From the IMG/VR virus record IMGVR_UViG_3300033049_000020, positions 64,001 through 128,000 of that record: a stretch of DNA of 64,000 nucleotides; one strand, given 5' to 3'. Positions 10,789-21,162 of this stretch are shown piece after piece. A program made the position numbers and the translations under genes. The notes below the pieces were generated by a model. That model was not told the DNA's origin, made no database searches, and worked only from the letters and a program-made list of their open reading frames with translations. The first letter of the stretch is position 1. Each line of letters begins with the position of its first letter. The stretch is from a virus.

Positions 10789-11517
10789 ATGACACAAGAA
10801 CTTGGTAAGAAACAATCACCATACAAATGGTGTTTAGAACATAACGTAAGACCTTTTAATCCTGAGAAATGGGGTGAGGGTAGCAATGAATTTAGCTTTG
10901 GTCACTTCCATGAAACAATGATGAGTGAAGAAGACTTTCTAAATAGATTGAAGGATGTTAAGTATAAAAATAATTCTCGTCCACGTAAGATGAATGAGTT
11001 CCTAGCATATAGGATGTATGGAATGGTTATATACCAATTGAAGGGTATCCAACAAGGTATTCAATTCCAACACTCAACATCTAGATATGTTAAAAATTTA
11101 CCTGAAGAAACCAATCTTATCAACACCTACAACTGGTGGATGGAAAGGAATGAAACTAGTATCATATTGAATGGTGGTAGTACTAATAATAATCTTAACC
11201 GTTTAGGAACAATTAATGTATTCATGAATGAGTTGATTGATAATGGTATTCATGTAGAGCCATTCTATGAAATTGACCTTAATGATGCTTTAACTGCATT
11301 CTCCTTCGTGGTGGATGAAAGAGTGTTCCTTAAGGAAGATTACCCAGATTATAAGAACTCACCATACACTTGGGATTCGAAGCATACACCTAATGACGCT
11401 ACTTACAAGAAGTGGGAGGACGATAATGCTAAGAATCATAAGAAGTGGGTAGAGAAGATAGGTGGAGAGCAAAACGCTTTCTTACGCGAATTTTTAATTG
11501 GAAAAAGATTAGCCTAA
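10789..11517 (+). CDS. Peptidyl-tRNA hydrolase type 2-like protein
   Basis: QQGIQFQH, SIILNGG, FYE.DLNDALTA pattern. Confidence 0.45.
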   Translation: MTQELGKKQSPYKWCLEHNVRPFNPEKWGEGSNEFSFGHFHETMMSEEDFLNRLKDVKYKNNSRPRKMNEFLAYRMYGMVIYQLKGIQQGIQFQHSTSRYVKNLPEETNLINTYNWWMERNETSIILNGGSTNNNLNRLGTINVFMNELIDNGIHVEPFYEIDLNDALTAFSFVVDERVFLKEDYPDYKNSPYTWDSKHTPNDATYKKWEDDNAKNHKKWVEKIGGEQNAFLREFLIGKRLA

Positions 11518-11785
11518 AATGTTACCAAGAAAATTACACTTAGAGCAGATTAATAGGTTTCACGACACTTATGAAAAATTGGACACTGATATTCAGAATA
11601 AAATAGATGAAGTAGCTGACGTACACGATGACGAACTATACCAACTAATGAAAATCTGGAGAGATATGATTAAGATTTGGGAAAAGATGGACGACTTCAT
11701 TGAATATGATATTAAACATGAGTTAGATTGTAATATCAAAGTTTAATTTGGTTTTCTCAATTTAATTTAGTACCTTTGTATAACA

Positions 11786-12325
11786 ATGAAGGAAAACACC
11801 ATAACGGTTAAAGGTAAAATCGTGTTCGACCCTGACAACAAAACCAAGAAGCACTCAGCTCAAGGTAGTTGGAAGAGGGTCGCAATGGTATTTTTTTCTG
11901 GTGACCTATGCGAATATTATGCTTGGTTTGTTGAAAAGCGATACGCACTACCATTAGCAAGACCATTAAGGAATGCACATATTTCTTTTATCAACGATAG
12001 AGGAAGTGATACCAATGGTAAGTGGGAAGAGGTAAAGAAGAAGTGGGATGGTAAGAAGATTGAAATAACGTTAAGTGTTGACCCAAGAACCGATGCCACA
12101 CACTGGTGGTTAATTGTCCCAGAGGGAGATAGAGTAGAGTTACAAGGTATACGAAGTGAGTTAGGGTTATCTAATCCGTATTACCCTTTTCATATGACGA
12201 TAGGGTATCCTACTGACTCATATGATAATGTTGATTTAGGGTCTAACGTGGCGAAGGCTAAACGAATGAATAAAGAGCATTCGAAGTATATTCATAGACT
12301 AATCAGGGATGGGTGGATTAGTTAA
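11786..12325 (+). CDS. 2H phosphoesterase-like protein
   Basis: AHISF and FHMTIG motifs. Confidence 0.6.
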   Translation: MKENTITVKGKIVFDPDNKTKKHSAQGSWKRVAMVFFSGDLCEYYAWFVEKRYALPLARPLRNAHISFINDRGSDTNGKWEEVKKKWDGKKIEITLSVDPRTDATHWWLIVPEGDRVELQGIRSELGLSNPYYPFHMTIGYPTDSYDNVDLGSNVAKAKRMNKEHSKYIHRLIRDGWIS

Positions 12326-13090
12326 GTCCACCCCCATTTATAACCCAAATACGTCTTTCTCTTACCGTAACATACTCTACTCACATTGGTTTTACTAAAT
12401 CCAGCGAGACCCAATTTTATTGGTTCAATCACCATTCGGTTTCTACTGGCAAATATTAGGGGCTTGGGATGAGGAGATGATTTTATTAGGAGAACTATAA
12501 ATAGAAAATAATTGGTGATAAAATAAAGAATTATGACACAAGACAAAAAAGCAAAACTGTACGATGACCTAGTAAGAGAAGGTGATAAAATAAATGCAAA
12601 GATTAGTAAATTAAAAGCCAATACAATCTCTGGTATGACACCAGAGGATGAACAGAATTTAGCTAACCTTAAGGAACAATTAACTAATTTAGAAAAGCGA
12701 GTTCAACAATTAATGAACGGTTAAAAATAAGAAGCACTTAAATTATTAACTAAATGAGAGAGTTTAAAACAATGTTTGATGGTATTGTGGACTTAGATGA
12801 CCCTAACACCTACGACTATCTACCTAGGGATGTTAAAACGTTGCAGAATAGGATATTGTTCGAGATTGGGTATTCTCATGTGTGGCAAAAGCATTGGCAT
12901 CCAGAAGGTAAATCCTCTCAACCAGAGCGAGTAGAAATATTGGTTAAGGAGTTTGCAGATGATTATATGACTAATATTAGTAACGTATTATGGTTACAAG
13001 AATTTTTATTCCGATTTGTAGATGAAATCGAGAATATGTGTTAAAAATAAGATTAAACTAAATAGTATATTAACTAAAAGAATTAGATAA

Positions 13091-14089
13091 ATGGGTGGTA
13101 GAGCACTAAAAAATACCGTAACAAGGCGTTACAATAAGAGGGAATTCACCAGCATTTCAACTGATATTTTAAGGAAAGTCAGGCGTGAATTTGCTAAGGC
13201 TGAGGTACCTAGATATTATCACAATAAGGAAACTTTTGGTGATGCCGATATTATTGTATCAATCGAAGGTTACAAGGGTGATATTCACAAATGGATTAAA
13301 GAAGTATTTGAGCCTAATGAAACATTCTCTAATGGTAATTGTATATCATTTGACTACAAAGAGTTCCAAATTGACCTAATGTTGGTTGAGGGAGAACATT
13401 TTGATTCAATGTTCAATTATCTGAGTTTTAATGATTTAGGTAACTTTATTGGTAGATTATCTCATGGATTCGGATTGAGATATGGTCAAGAAGGATTATG
13501 GTACACCTATTTTTATAAGAATACTAAGCACAAGCTAATGGTATCCAAGGACTATCCAAAGATATATGAATTCTTGGGGTTAGATTATAGACGATGGTTG
13601 AAAGGTTTTGATACGCTTGAGGATATCTTCGAGTTTATATCAGAATCACCTTATTTCAATTGGCAAAAGTTCCAACCTGAAGAGTTGAATAGGATTAATA
13701 GAGAGCGTAACCTTAAGAGAGCTTCCTATATGACGTTCCTTGAATGGATGGATGTCAATGTAGCTGATGAAGACCATGAGTATAAGTTCGAAAAGGACAA
13801 GACTACTTACCTGTCAATAATTGACCGATTCTTCCCAGAAGCTGGTCTTTTGAATGAGATGGAAAGAGTAGACTACGAGGTCTCAAAGAAGAAGTACGCT
13901 GCTACAATATTCAATGGTAAGCTAATAATGGATACCTATGGATTGACTGGTGGTGAACTTGGAAAATCTTTGCAGGGGTTTAAGGAGCATCTAGAAATGA
14001 GAGGTACTGATGACATCCCAGATTACTATATCCAAATGGGTAGGAAGCAGATGTTAGTAGAGTACGATTACTACCTGGATGTTCAATAA
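13091..14089 (+). CDS. Pol-beta-family nucleotidyltransferase-like protein
   Basis: GDADII and FQIDL motifs; C-terminal NGKLIM..YGLTGGELGK. Confidence 0.5.
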   Translation: MGGRALKNTVTRRYNKREFTSISTDILRKVRREFAKAEVPRYYHNKETFGDADIIVSIEGYKGDIHKWIKEVFEPNETFSNGNCISFDYKEFQIDLMLVEGEHFDSMFNYLSFNDLGNFIGRLSHGFGLRYGQEGLWYTYFYKNTKHKLMVSKDYPKIYEFLGLDYRRWLKGFDTLEDIFEFISESPYFNWQKFQPEELNRINRERNLKRASYMTFLEWMDVNVADEDHEYKFEKDKTTYLSIIDRFFPEAGLLNEMERVDYEVSKKKYAATIFNGKLIMDTYGLTGGELGKSLQGFKEHLEMRGTDDIPDYYIQMGRKQMLVEYDYYLDVQ

Positions 14090-14096
14090 TACCTTC

Positions 14097-14411
14097 TCAG
14101 GTATAAAAGGGATTCTCCCGTAAAAGAAGGTCGATGAGTTCATCGGCCTTTTTTGCTTCATCACTAAACGACATTACTTGTTTGTGAGTTAAATTAAACC
14201 ATTCACCAATAGCTCTGCTAGTTCCGTAATAACGATGCAGCATACCCTCAACTTTACGATAGTTAACAGAGTCGTATTTGTTGACTAAGAATATCTCTTG
14301 AGAGTTGCCAGTTTGGAGTTGTTTAATACGTTTATTCACATCACTTTTAGTGATACCGATTTTGAATCTGCCATTATCGCAGAACTCACCTAATAGATAA
14401 ACTGTTCCCAT
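14097..14411 (-). CDS. GIY-YIG nuclease (T5orf172-like)
   Basis: VYL..FKIG.TK..KRIKQLQTGN..E.MLH..GEWF. Confidence 0.8.
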   Translation of the reverse strand: MGTVYLLGEFCDNGRFKIGITKSDVNKRIKQLQTGNSQEIFLVNKYDSVNYRKVEGMLHRYYGTSRAIGEWFNLTHKQVMSFSDEAKKADELIDLLLRENPFYT

Positions 14412-15839
14412 ACTTTAAATATACACATTAAATTTGCATATGTCAATTATTTTTAGTATCTTTGTTCTATGAAAATTAAAAATGTTTGAAATTTTAAAGA
14501 AATACTTCAATATTCAGAATTCAAGTCAAAAGGCTTTGATAGTTGAAGAGAAGATTAAGTACAATGAAATCATTGACGCTATACGAACTGATGACAACAG
14601 TAATAGTAGGGAAATAACTAATCGACTTAATGGTCGTTGTCCTAATTGTGGTGAGACAACCAAAATAGTGAATAAGATACAACAAACCCATGGTAGTGGC
14701 TCAGTATCTGGTAGCTTTTCTTTAGGGTTTGGCTCAGTATATGGTAGTTCCAGTTTGGATACTGACCCTGTAAATCACTGTAATGGTTGTGGTAATCAAT
14801 GGAAGAAATACCGTTCTAATCATAAGAGTAGTAAGGATGTGTCACGAAGTATGTTAAGAAGTGTGGAAAGTATCTTGGAGGGAAATGATTATAGATTCCA
14901 ACTTAGTGATTATGAAAAACTTAAACATTTTCATGCCGAAACTATAGAGGTTGTTAATGAAGATTTAGGTGGCCATTGGCTTACGGGACAGAGGGAGTTC
15001 ACACTAAAAGAATTAAGAACGATGTTTAAATCAGTATTTGACAAACAATAATATGGGATGTGATATACACGGATACCTTGAATACTCAGGGATACCAAAG
15101 AAAGAAGACTTAGATAAAGGTAAAAAGAGATATTGGCGCTCAATGGGTGACCAGATTTCATTAAATAGAAACTATTACATGTTTGGAACATTATGTAAGG
15201 GTGTTAGGGGAGACCTAAAACATACATTTATACCTAAAGGTATCCCAGAAGATATTGGGTATTTTGCTCAGTTTGATAATAGATTACACCTAACAGATAA
15301 CCCAAATGAGGGAGGGGAAGAGTATGCCGACAGTAAGTCAGCCAAAAGGTGGGTGGAACAAGGTATAAGTGAATATCTTATGAATAGAGATGGCAAACCA
15401 TATGCGGTGACACATCCAGACTGGCACTCACACAGTTACCTATCAACTGCTGAATTTAAAGAAGCGTTTGAGATGTACAAGAAGAATCTAACTAATGAGG
15501 GAGATGATTCGGAAGGATGGGGTCTTGCTGCTACATACTACGCGGTGTTAGGGGCAATGGAAGCATATGAAACCAGAGACATGGAAGCCAGATTTGTATT
15601 TTGGTTTGATAACTAATGGAAGGCGGTCAAGAAATAATACGCAACGTTCTCAAGAGAATAAAGAAGCGTAAATCACCTTTCCACGGTAACATAAAGTGTG
15701 ATTGTGGCCATACTCAGAAAGACCATTCTGGTGGTCAAGGATGGTGTCACGATAGTAGACATCCAAATGCTGGAAAGTGTGGTTGCACTTGGTTTCACCC
15801 AAATGTAAGTTATATTAATAAACGAAAAAATAAATAATT

Positions 15840-16475
15840 ATGCCATCAGGATTTACAGCAGGTATTATAGACGGAAAACACAAAACCTTCACAGACTTTG
15901 CAAAGGATTGTATGAGGAACTTTGGTGCCACCATACATATGAGAGATGATGCTAGGGATAAGGAATATGAAGCTAGAGTTGTTTCTCCATACTACAACGA
16001 AAGGTTTGAGGAATATGTAATAAACTTAGGTAAACTATTAACAGCAACTGACAAGCAACTAATAACTAAGGAGAAAAAAAAACTAAAAGATAGGATAGTT
16101 CGTGCTACCGAAAAAATAATAGAAATTACTGCAACCAAAGAACGGTTAAACGCTTTCTTAAAAGAGGCTAAAGCATACCAATCACCGACACCAGAACATG
16201 ACGGTATTAGAGAGTTCATGATTAATCAAATTAAAGAGACTACTAAGTTTGATGGTAGTACTGAGTATTACGATAAAGAATTAGCTACCTGTAAAGAAGA
16301 GTTAAAGAATATTAACGTTGAAGAGATAAGAAGTAAAAATAAAGTATATCTTAAGGAAGATATTGAACGTGCTCTTGAGAATGAGAAAGACGAAAAAGAT
16401 AGATGTGACAACTCAAATGAGTGGGTTAGAACATTTCTTGATAGTCTTGAAGAAGAAAAAACCGAGAGTATTTGA
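15840..16475 (+). CDS. Hypothetical phage protein
   Basis: 211 aa ORF in tightly packed + strand run. Confidence 0.7.
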   Translation: MPSGFTAGIIDGKHKTFTDFAKDCMRNFGATIHMRDDARDKEYEARVVSPYYNERFEEYVINLGKLLTATDKQLITKEKKKLKDRIVRATEKIIEITATKERLNAFLKEAKAYQSPTPEHDGIREFMINQIKETTKFDGSTEYYDKELATCKEELKNINVEEIRSKNKVYLKEDIERALENEKDEKDRCDNSNEWVRTFLDSLEEEKTESI

Positions 16476-16496
16476 ACTTAAATTAGATAAAAATCA

Positions 16497-16566
16497 AAAA
16501 TATTTTACAAAAGACTTGTATTATCCAAATACTTTTCGTATCTTTGTACTATATTTAATAGAAAGA
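16497..16566 (+). repeat. 70-bp promoter block identical to 26843-26912
   Basis: Exact direct repeat containing TATCTTTG and TATTTAA, ahead of leaders 1 and 2. Confidence 0.9.
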
Positions 16567-16577
16567 AGAAACAAGTT

Positions 16578-16673
16578 ATGTTTACAACAATTACAATATT
16601 AGTCTTATGTTTACTGAGCAGCGTGGTGCTGTTGAGGCAAGAGAGCTATGATGTAATCTATTGTAAAGCATAA
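16578..16673 (+). CDS. Leader peptide 1 (Leu/Val/Cys-rich): MFTTITILVLCLLSSVVLLRQESYDVIYCKA
   Basis: Short ORF between promoter and terminator, ahead of Cys/Val/Leu tRNAs. Confidence 0.75.
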   Translation: MFTTITILVLCLLSSVVLLRQESYDVIYCKA

Positions 16674-16698
16674 AGAACTACAATACTTAATACATTAG

Positions 16699-16729
16699 AA
16701 GCTCTTACTCTCCAGTAAGGGCTTTTTTT
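16699..16729 (+). terminator. Attenuator terminator 1
   Basis: AAGCTCTTACT/AGTAAGGGCTT plus T run; 5' arm can pair alternatively with GAGAGCT at 16641. Confidence 0.85.
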
Positions 16730-16755
16730 ATGTCCAGTTCTTTGAAATAAAATAT

Positions 16756-16841
16756 GTGTAGGTGCCTGAGTGGTCGAAAGGTGCGGTCTGCAAAACCGTA
16801 AGGAGAAATCCTCATCGTCAGTTCGAATCTGACCCTACACT
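16756..16841 (+). tRNA. tRNA-Cys(GCA), long variable arm
   Basis: GTGTAGG/CCTACAC, loop CTGCAAA. Confidence 0.85.
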
Positions 16842-16847
16842 CTAAAT

Positions 16848-16920
16848 GTCCCTATAGTGTAGCGGTTCAGCACGTAACTCTTACAAAGTTGCAGCCCAGA
16901 TTCGAATTCTGGTGGGGATA
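16848..16920 (+). tRNA. tRNA-Val(TAC)
   Basis: GTCCCTA/TGGGGAT, loop CTTACAA. Confidence 0.85.
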
Positions 16921-16947
16921 CAAAGAGGAATGAAGTACAAGTTCCTT

Positions 16948-17464
16948 GGCTAAGTGGTGGAATTGGTATACACGCCCTCTGAAGGGGAGAGTTCATTACG
17001 ATACCAGAACGGAGTTGCGAGAGCGTGAGAAGGAGTTAGTTAATGAGGGTTTGTTGAAAGAGGTTTTATGTATGAATTTGGCAATAGGTGGAGGCGGTGG
17101 GTTTACTAGTAAAGAGCATATGTTAAAAGCTACTAAAGCTGGTAATAAAGCGACCCTTAAGAAGAGGTGGATTGATAATAGAGAAGTGAATGTTGATAAT
17201 TTGGTTAAACTAAACAAGAGTATGTGGGCTGACCCACATATGAGAGAAAAAATGCTTAAATCTAATGGGTTTAAAGATAAGACACATAGTGAAGAAACGT
17301 TGGGGAAGATGAGAGAGGTTATGAAGGGTAAAGGTACTGGGAAGGATAACTCGCAATATGGTACTTGTTGGATAACCAGAGATGGTGAGAGTAAGAAGAT
17401 AAATAAAGAAGGAATTAACGAATACCTTGCAAAAGGTTGGGCTAAAGGAAGAAAAGGAACATAA
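16948..17464 (+). pseudogene. Truncated tRNA-Leu 5' half fused to N-terminally deleted GIY-YIG/NUMOD3 endonuclease
   Basis: GTGGTGGAATTGGTATACACG Leu-type D arm with no T arm; ORF matches C-terminal part of 18569/30518 (CMNL..GG.GG, NSQYGTCWITRDG). Confidence 0.65.
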
Positions 17465-17696
17465 AATGGGTAAAGTAAAATATATAAGTAAAGTAGGTGA
17501 ATGGTTTAAAGAAGGTACAGAAGCTTTCCGTGAAGAACCTACCTATGAGGGTCATGCAATATACAAAGGTGTTTATGTTGTCGGAAGTTCTGGTGGTGGG
17601 TATGACAACTTTTGGTATAATAAAGGTCATAAGGATGGTGATGAGGTAGAGATGAGGGAACATTGTTCAGATGATGAATTTGATATTAAATAATAC

Positions 17697-17768
17697 GTCT
17701 CTATGGTGTAACGGCAAGCATCTCACTATGACATGGTGAACGGATTGGTTCGATTCCAATTAGAGATA
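17697..17768 (+). tRNA. tRNA-Val(GAC)
   Basis: GTCTCTA/TAGAGAT, loop ATGACAT. Confidence 0.8.
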
Positions 17769-17779
17769 CAATAATATAA

Positions 17780-17862
17780 GCCGCAGTGGTGAAATGGTAG
17801 ACACGCCAGACTTAGAATCTGGTGCCCTTACGGGCGTGTGAGTTCGAGTCTCACCTGCGGTA
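17780..17862 (+). tRNA. tRNA-Leu(TAG)
   Basis: Class II cloverleaf, loop CTTAGAA. Confidence 0.95.
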
Positions 17863-17873
17863 CAGTATCACAT

Positions 17874-17956
17874 GGGGATGTGGTGGAATGGTAGACACAC
17901 TAGCTTGAGGGGTTAGTGCCGTGAAAGGCGTGTGGGTTCGACTCCCACCATCCTCA
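17874..17956 (+). tRNA. tRNA-Leu(GAG)
   Basis: Class II cloverleaf, loop TTGAGGG. Confidence 0.9.
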
Positions 17957-17964
17957 CAACATAT

Positions 17965-18042
17965 GCGCTAGTAGTCCAATTGGTTAGAGGCATCAGGCTT
18001 AAACCCTGTCCAGTGTGGGTTCGAGTCCCACTTAGCGTACCA
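17965..18042 (+). tRNA. tRNA-Leu(TAA), short variable loop, encoded CCA
   Basis: GCGCTAG/TTAGCGT, loop CTTAAAC. Confidence 0.85.
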
Positions 18043-18045
18043 AAT

Positions 18046-18129
18046 GCCGTAGTGGTGGAATAGGTAGACACGAGGGTTTCAAAAGCCCTTTCCAGTAATG
18101 GAGTGTGGGTTCGAGTCCCACTTACGGTA
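18046..18129 (+). tRNA. tRNA-Leu(CAA)
   Basis: Class II cloverleaf, loop TTCAAAA. Confidence 0.9.
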
Positions 18130-18458
18130 CAAAATGAATGGAAAGCTAAAAACGGATATTAAGATGGAAATGAAACATAGTATTAAAGAAATAGTGAAAG
18201 ACAATACAGCTATACTGGAGTATAGTCAAAGTGGTAAATTATATTACTCTGTGGAAGTTGCAGATAGTACATATAGTGTGACAGCTACTAAATATACCTT
18301 CCCAGTAGACGTTACTAATAGTGATGACGTTGGAGATAGCAGATTTGAGTTAACGCATAAAGCGATTACTCTAATGAGGTATATTCGAAAGGCTATTAAG
18401 TCTGAAGAGATTCGTTGGGAAGAGTGTGCTATAAACTTTTCACAGTTGTAATTAGTAT

Positions 18459-18530
18459 TTCCCTATGGCGTAACGGCAAGCGTATCGTTTTTACATGACG
18501 AAGGGGATGGTTCGATTCCATCTAGGGAAA
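18459..18530 (+). tRNA. tRNA-Val(TAC)
   Basis: TTCCCTA/TAGGGAA, loop TTTACAT. Confidence 0.8.
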
Positions 18531-18568
18531 CTGGTGACTTTTTGGTACCTAGCACTATATTTAACTAT

Positions 18569-19213
18569 ATGAGGAAACCAAAAACGATACATTACATTTA
18601 CAAAACCACTTGTGATGTAACTGGTCGATACTATGTAGGGATGCATAGTACCAGTAACCTAGAAGATGGTTATATGGGTTCAGGTAAGAGGTTAAGACGT
18701 TCCATACGTAAGTACGGAGAAGATAATCATACCAAAGAGGTTGTGGCGTTCTACGATAGTAGGGAACTACTGGTTGAAGCTGAGAAGGAAGCCATCACAC
18801 CATATATGATTGGGGATAGGGATTGTATGAATCTGATGGGAGGTGGAACTGGCGGTTGGTGTAGTGAGGAGCACATGGTTAAATGTACTATAGCTGCTGG
18901 AAAAGCTAATAAAGTAAGGTTTGAAGTGGATATTGAGTATAAGAATTGGTGTTTAGATATTATGGCTAAAGGTAGGGCTAAATTAATTGATACGGGAGCG
19001 TATAAAAAGAAAGGTAAGGGGTTAGGTAGAGTTCATTCAGATGAAACTAAACAGAAAATGTCCAAATCGTCTAAAGGGAATGGTGTTGGAAAGTCTAACT
19101 CTCAATATGGTACTTGTTGGATAACCAGAGATGGTGAGAACAAAAAAATAAAGAAAGAAACTCTTAATGAATACTTAGAGATAGGTTGGGTTAGGGGAAG
19201 AGGAATAAAATGA
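18569..19213 (+). mobile_element. GIY-YIG (Seg-like) homing endonuclease
   Basis: YIYKTT..YYVGMHST..YMGSG; NUMOD3-like HSDETKQKMS. Confidence 0.9.
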
Positions 19214-19302
19214 AGGATAGGTTCAGCAAAAACCAACAGGTAAACAATTTGATTTCAACTCAGATTCAGGTGGTTCAAATCCATCGAACAATATCTATCC
19301 TG
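19213..19302 (+). ncRNA. CAGCAA-stem tRNA-mimic element
   Basis: AGGATAG..CAGCAA...CTATCCTG closing stem around an anticodon-like hairpin (loop TTTCAAC) and a T arm. Confidence 0.55.
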
Positions 19303-19603
19303 TCTTATTTAATTTGGATAAGTGAAAATTTTTACTTATCTTTGTACTATTATGACTAAAGAAGAGAAAAAAGCTAAAAGATTAGCAAGGGCAGAACGCA
19401 GACGCGAGAAGCAACGTAAGAGAACTTGGTTCGACTATGGTACTCTTCGTACAGACATCCCTCTTTGGGCTGCAAGACAGATTGCCCGAAAAGGCTACTC
19501 TTCAGCAAGTTGGGATGACCCTAGTTCACCAACTGGCAGAAGCCAAGTTTGTGATTGGAGTGGAGTCTGTCAAGCTCCTTGTAATGGTGATTGTTAGTAT
19601 ATC

Positions 19604-19662
19604 TGTGGGGTAGCTCAGTTGGCTAGAGCCTTGTTTCGGTGGTTCGAATCCGCCCCCCACAA
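19604..19662 (+). ncRNA. Anticodon-armless tRNA-like RNA
   Basis: TGTGGGG/CCCCACA acceptor, canonical D and T arms, 8-nt linker in place of anticodon arm. Confidence 0.65.
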
Positions 19663-19887
19663 CTAAATAATTATTTATATGTTTGAAAAATTAAAATGTA
19701 AGGTGTTTGGTCATGAGTGGAGATATAACTTCTCCACCATGCCAAACAAAACTATTTGTGCTAATTGCAAAATAAAGGCTAAGTTTGATTTGAGAGGATT
19801 GGAGTGGAATCCAATCGACACCTTTGAAGGTGAAAAAAGAACCGATGAAGAATTAATTGCCGAGTGGGGTAGTAAATTGTATTAATA

Positions 19888-21162
19888 ATGAAAGAAGATA
19901 AGTTTTACTGTTTGACTATGTTTCCTTATCCTAGTGGTAGTGGGTTGCATGTCGGTCACGCCTATAACTACGCTGTTATGGATAGCTATTGCCGTTGGAA
20001 GAATTTCTGTGGCGTAGAGACATTCCAACCGTTTGGTTATGATGCATTTGGCTTGCCAGCAGAGAATTACGCTATTAAACACAATCGAGACCCAAGAGAG
20101 ATTACTTATGAAAATATCGATAATTTTCGTGGTCAAATGGATAGAATGACTACCAATTACGAAGAGATGGTTATCACTTCTGACCCATCTTACTACAAGT
20201 GGTCACAATGGTTGTTCACCAAGATGGTGGAACACGATATGGCCTACAAGAAGAATGCGCCTGTGAATTTTTGTCCTTCATGTAATACTGCTTTGGCTAA
20301 CGCTCAAGTGGTTGAAGATAAGTGTGAACGATGCGATACTAAGGTAGAACAACGAGATATGAACCAATGGTTTTTCAGGTTGAGCAAGTATGCAGATAGG
20401 TTGGTCTCCAACTTGGACATCATTGACTTCCCAGAGAAGACAAAGAAGCAGCAACGTCACTGGTTGAAAGAACCCCAAGATTGGTGTGTATCTAGGCAAA
20501 GAGCTTGGGGTACACCAATCCCTATTAAGGGAGAAACCGACACATTGGATACATTCGTTGACAGCTCATTTTACTTTATAAGGTATTGTGACCCAACTAA
20601 CGAGAATGAAATAGCCGCTAAGGATAAGATACGTCAAGTAGACTTGTATGTAGGTGGTAATGAACACGCTTGTATGCACTTGGTGTATGCTAGGTTTGTA
20701 AATATGTTCTTGTTTGATATTGGTGTGACCCCATTTGAAGAGCCATTCAAGAAATTGGTTCACCAAGGTATGATAATCAAGGATGGTGAGAAGATGAGCA
20801 AATCTAAAGGTAATATTGTTAATCCAGACGATTATGACCCAGACGAGATGCGAGAATATTTGATGTTTTTGGGTCCTTATACCCAAGGTGGTGATTGGAG
20901 CGATAGTGCTATGGTGGGCATTAGGAGGTTCAACGGTAGGTTTAATAGATGGTTGGGTAATGCCCAGATTGACGGTGAATCAATAGATGTTGGACAATTG
21001 ATGAGTGATATTGATAAAAATGTGGAGATATTTAATTTTCATTTGGTTATTAGTTCATTTATGAAATTCTATAATTCAAACAAGGGTAAAGTTATCAACA
21101 TTAACACTAAGAATGAATTGACTAAAATGTTTACCTGTTTTGCACCCAATTTTACGTCTTAG
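19888..21162 (+). CDS. leuS: Minimal leucyl-tRNA synthetase (no CP1 editing domain)
   Basis: MFPYPSG.GLHVGH, DAFGLPAENYA, DWCVSRQRAWG, GGNEHA.MHL.YARF, KMSKSKGN. Confidence 0.95.
   Translation: MKEDKFYCLTMFPYPSGSGLHVGHAYNYAVMDSYCRWKNFCGVETFQPFGYDAFGLPAENYAIKHNRDPREITYENIDNFRGQMDRMTTNYEEMVITSDPSYYKWSQWLFTKMVEHDMAYKKNAPVNFCPSCNTALANAQVVEDKCERCDTKVEQRDMNQWFFRLSKYADRLVSNLDIIDFPEKTKKQQRHWLKEPQDWCVSRQRAWGTPIPIKGETDTLDTFVDSSFYFIRYCDPTNENEIAAKDKIRQVDLYVGGNEHACMHLVYARFVNMFLFDIGVTPFEEPFKKLVHQGMIIKDGEKMSKSKGNIVNPDDYDPDEMREYLMFLGPYTQGGDWSDSAMVGIRRFNGRFNRWLGNAQIDGESIDVGQLMSDIDKNVEIFNFHLVISSFMKFYNSNKGKVININTKNELTKMFTCFAPNFTS

Noticed and set aside
12322-12621. 99-aa minus-strand CDS
   Set aside because: Only the last ~25 codons resemble a NUMOD1 HEG remnant; the rest overlaps a + strand gene.
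19245-19270. Opal-suppressor/Sec tRNA and stop-codon recoding
   Set aside because: The TCA-loop hairpin has no acceptor stem, and genes pack normally under code 11 with TGA, TAG and TAA all used as stops.
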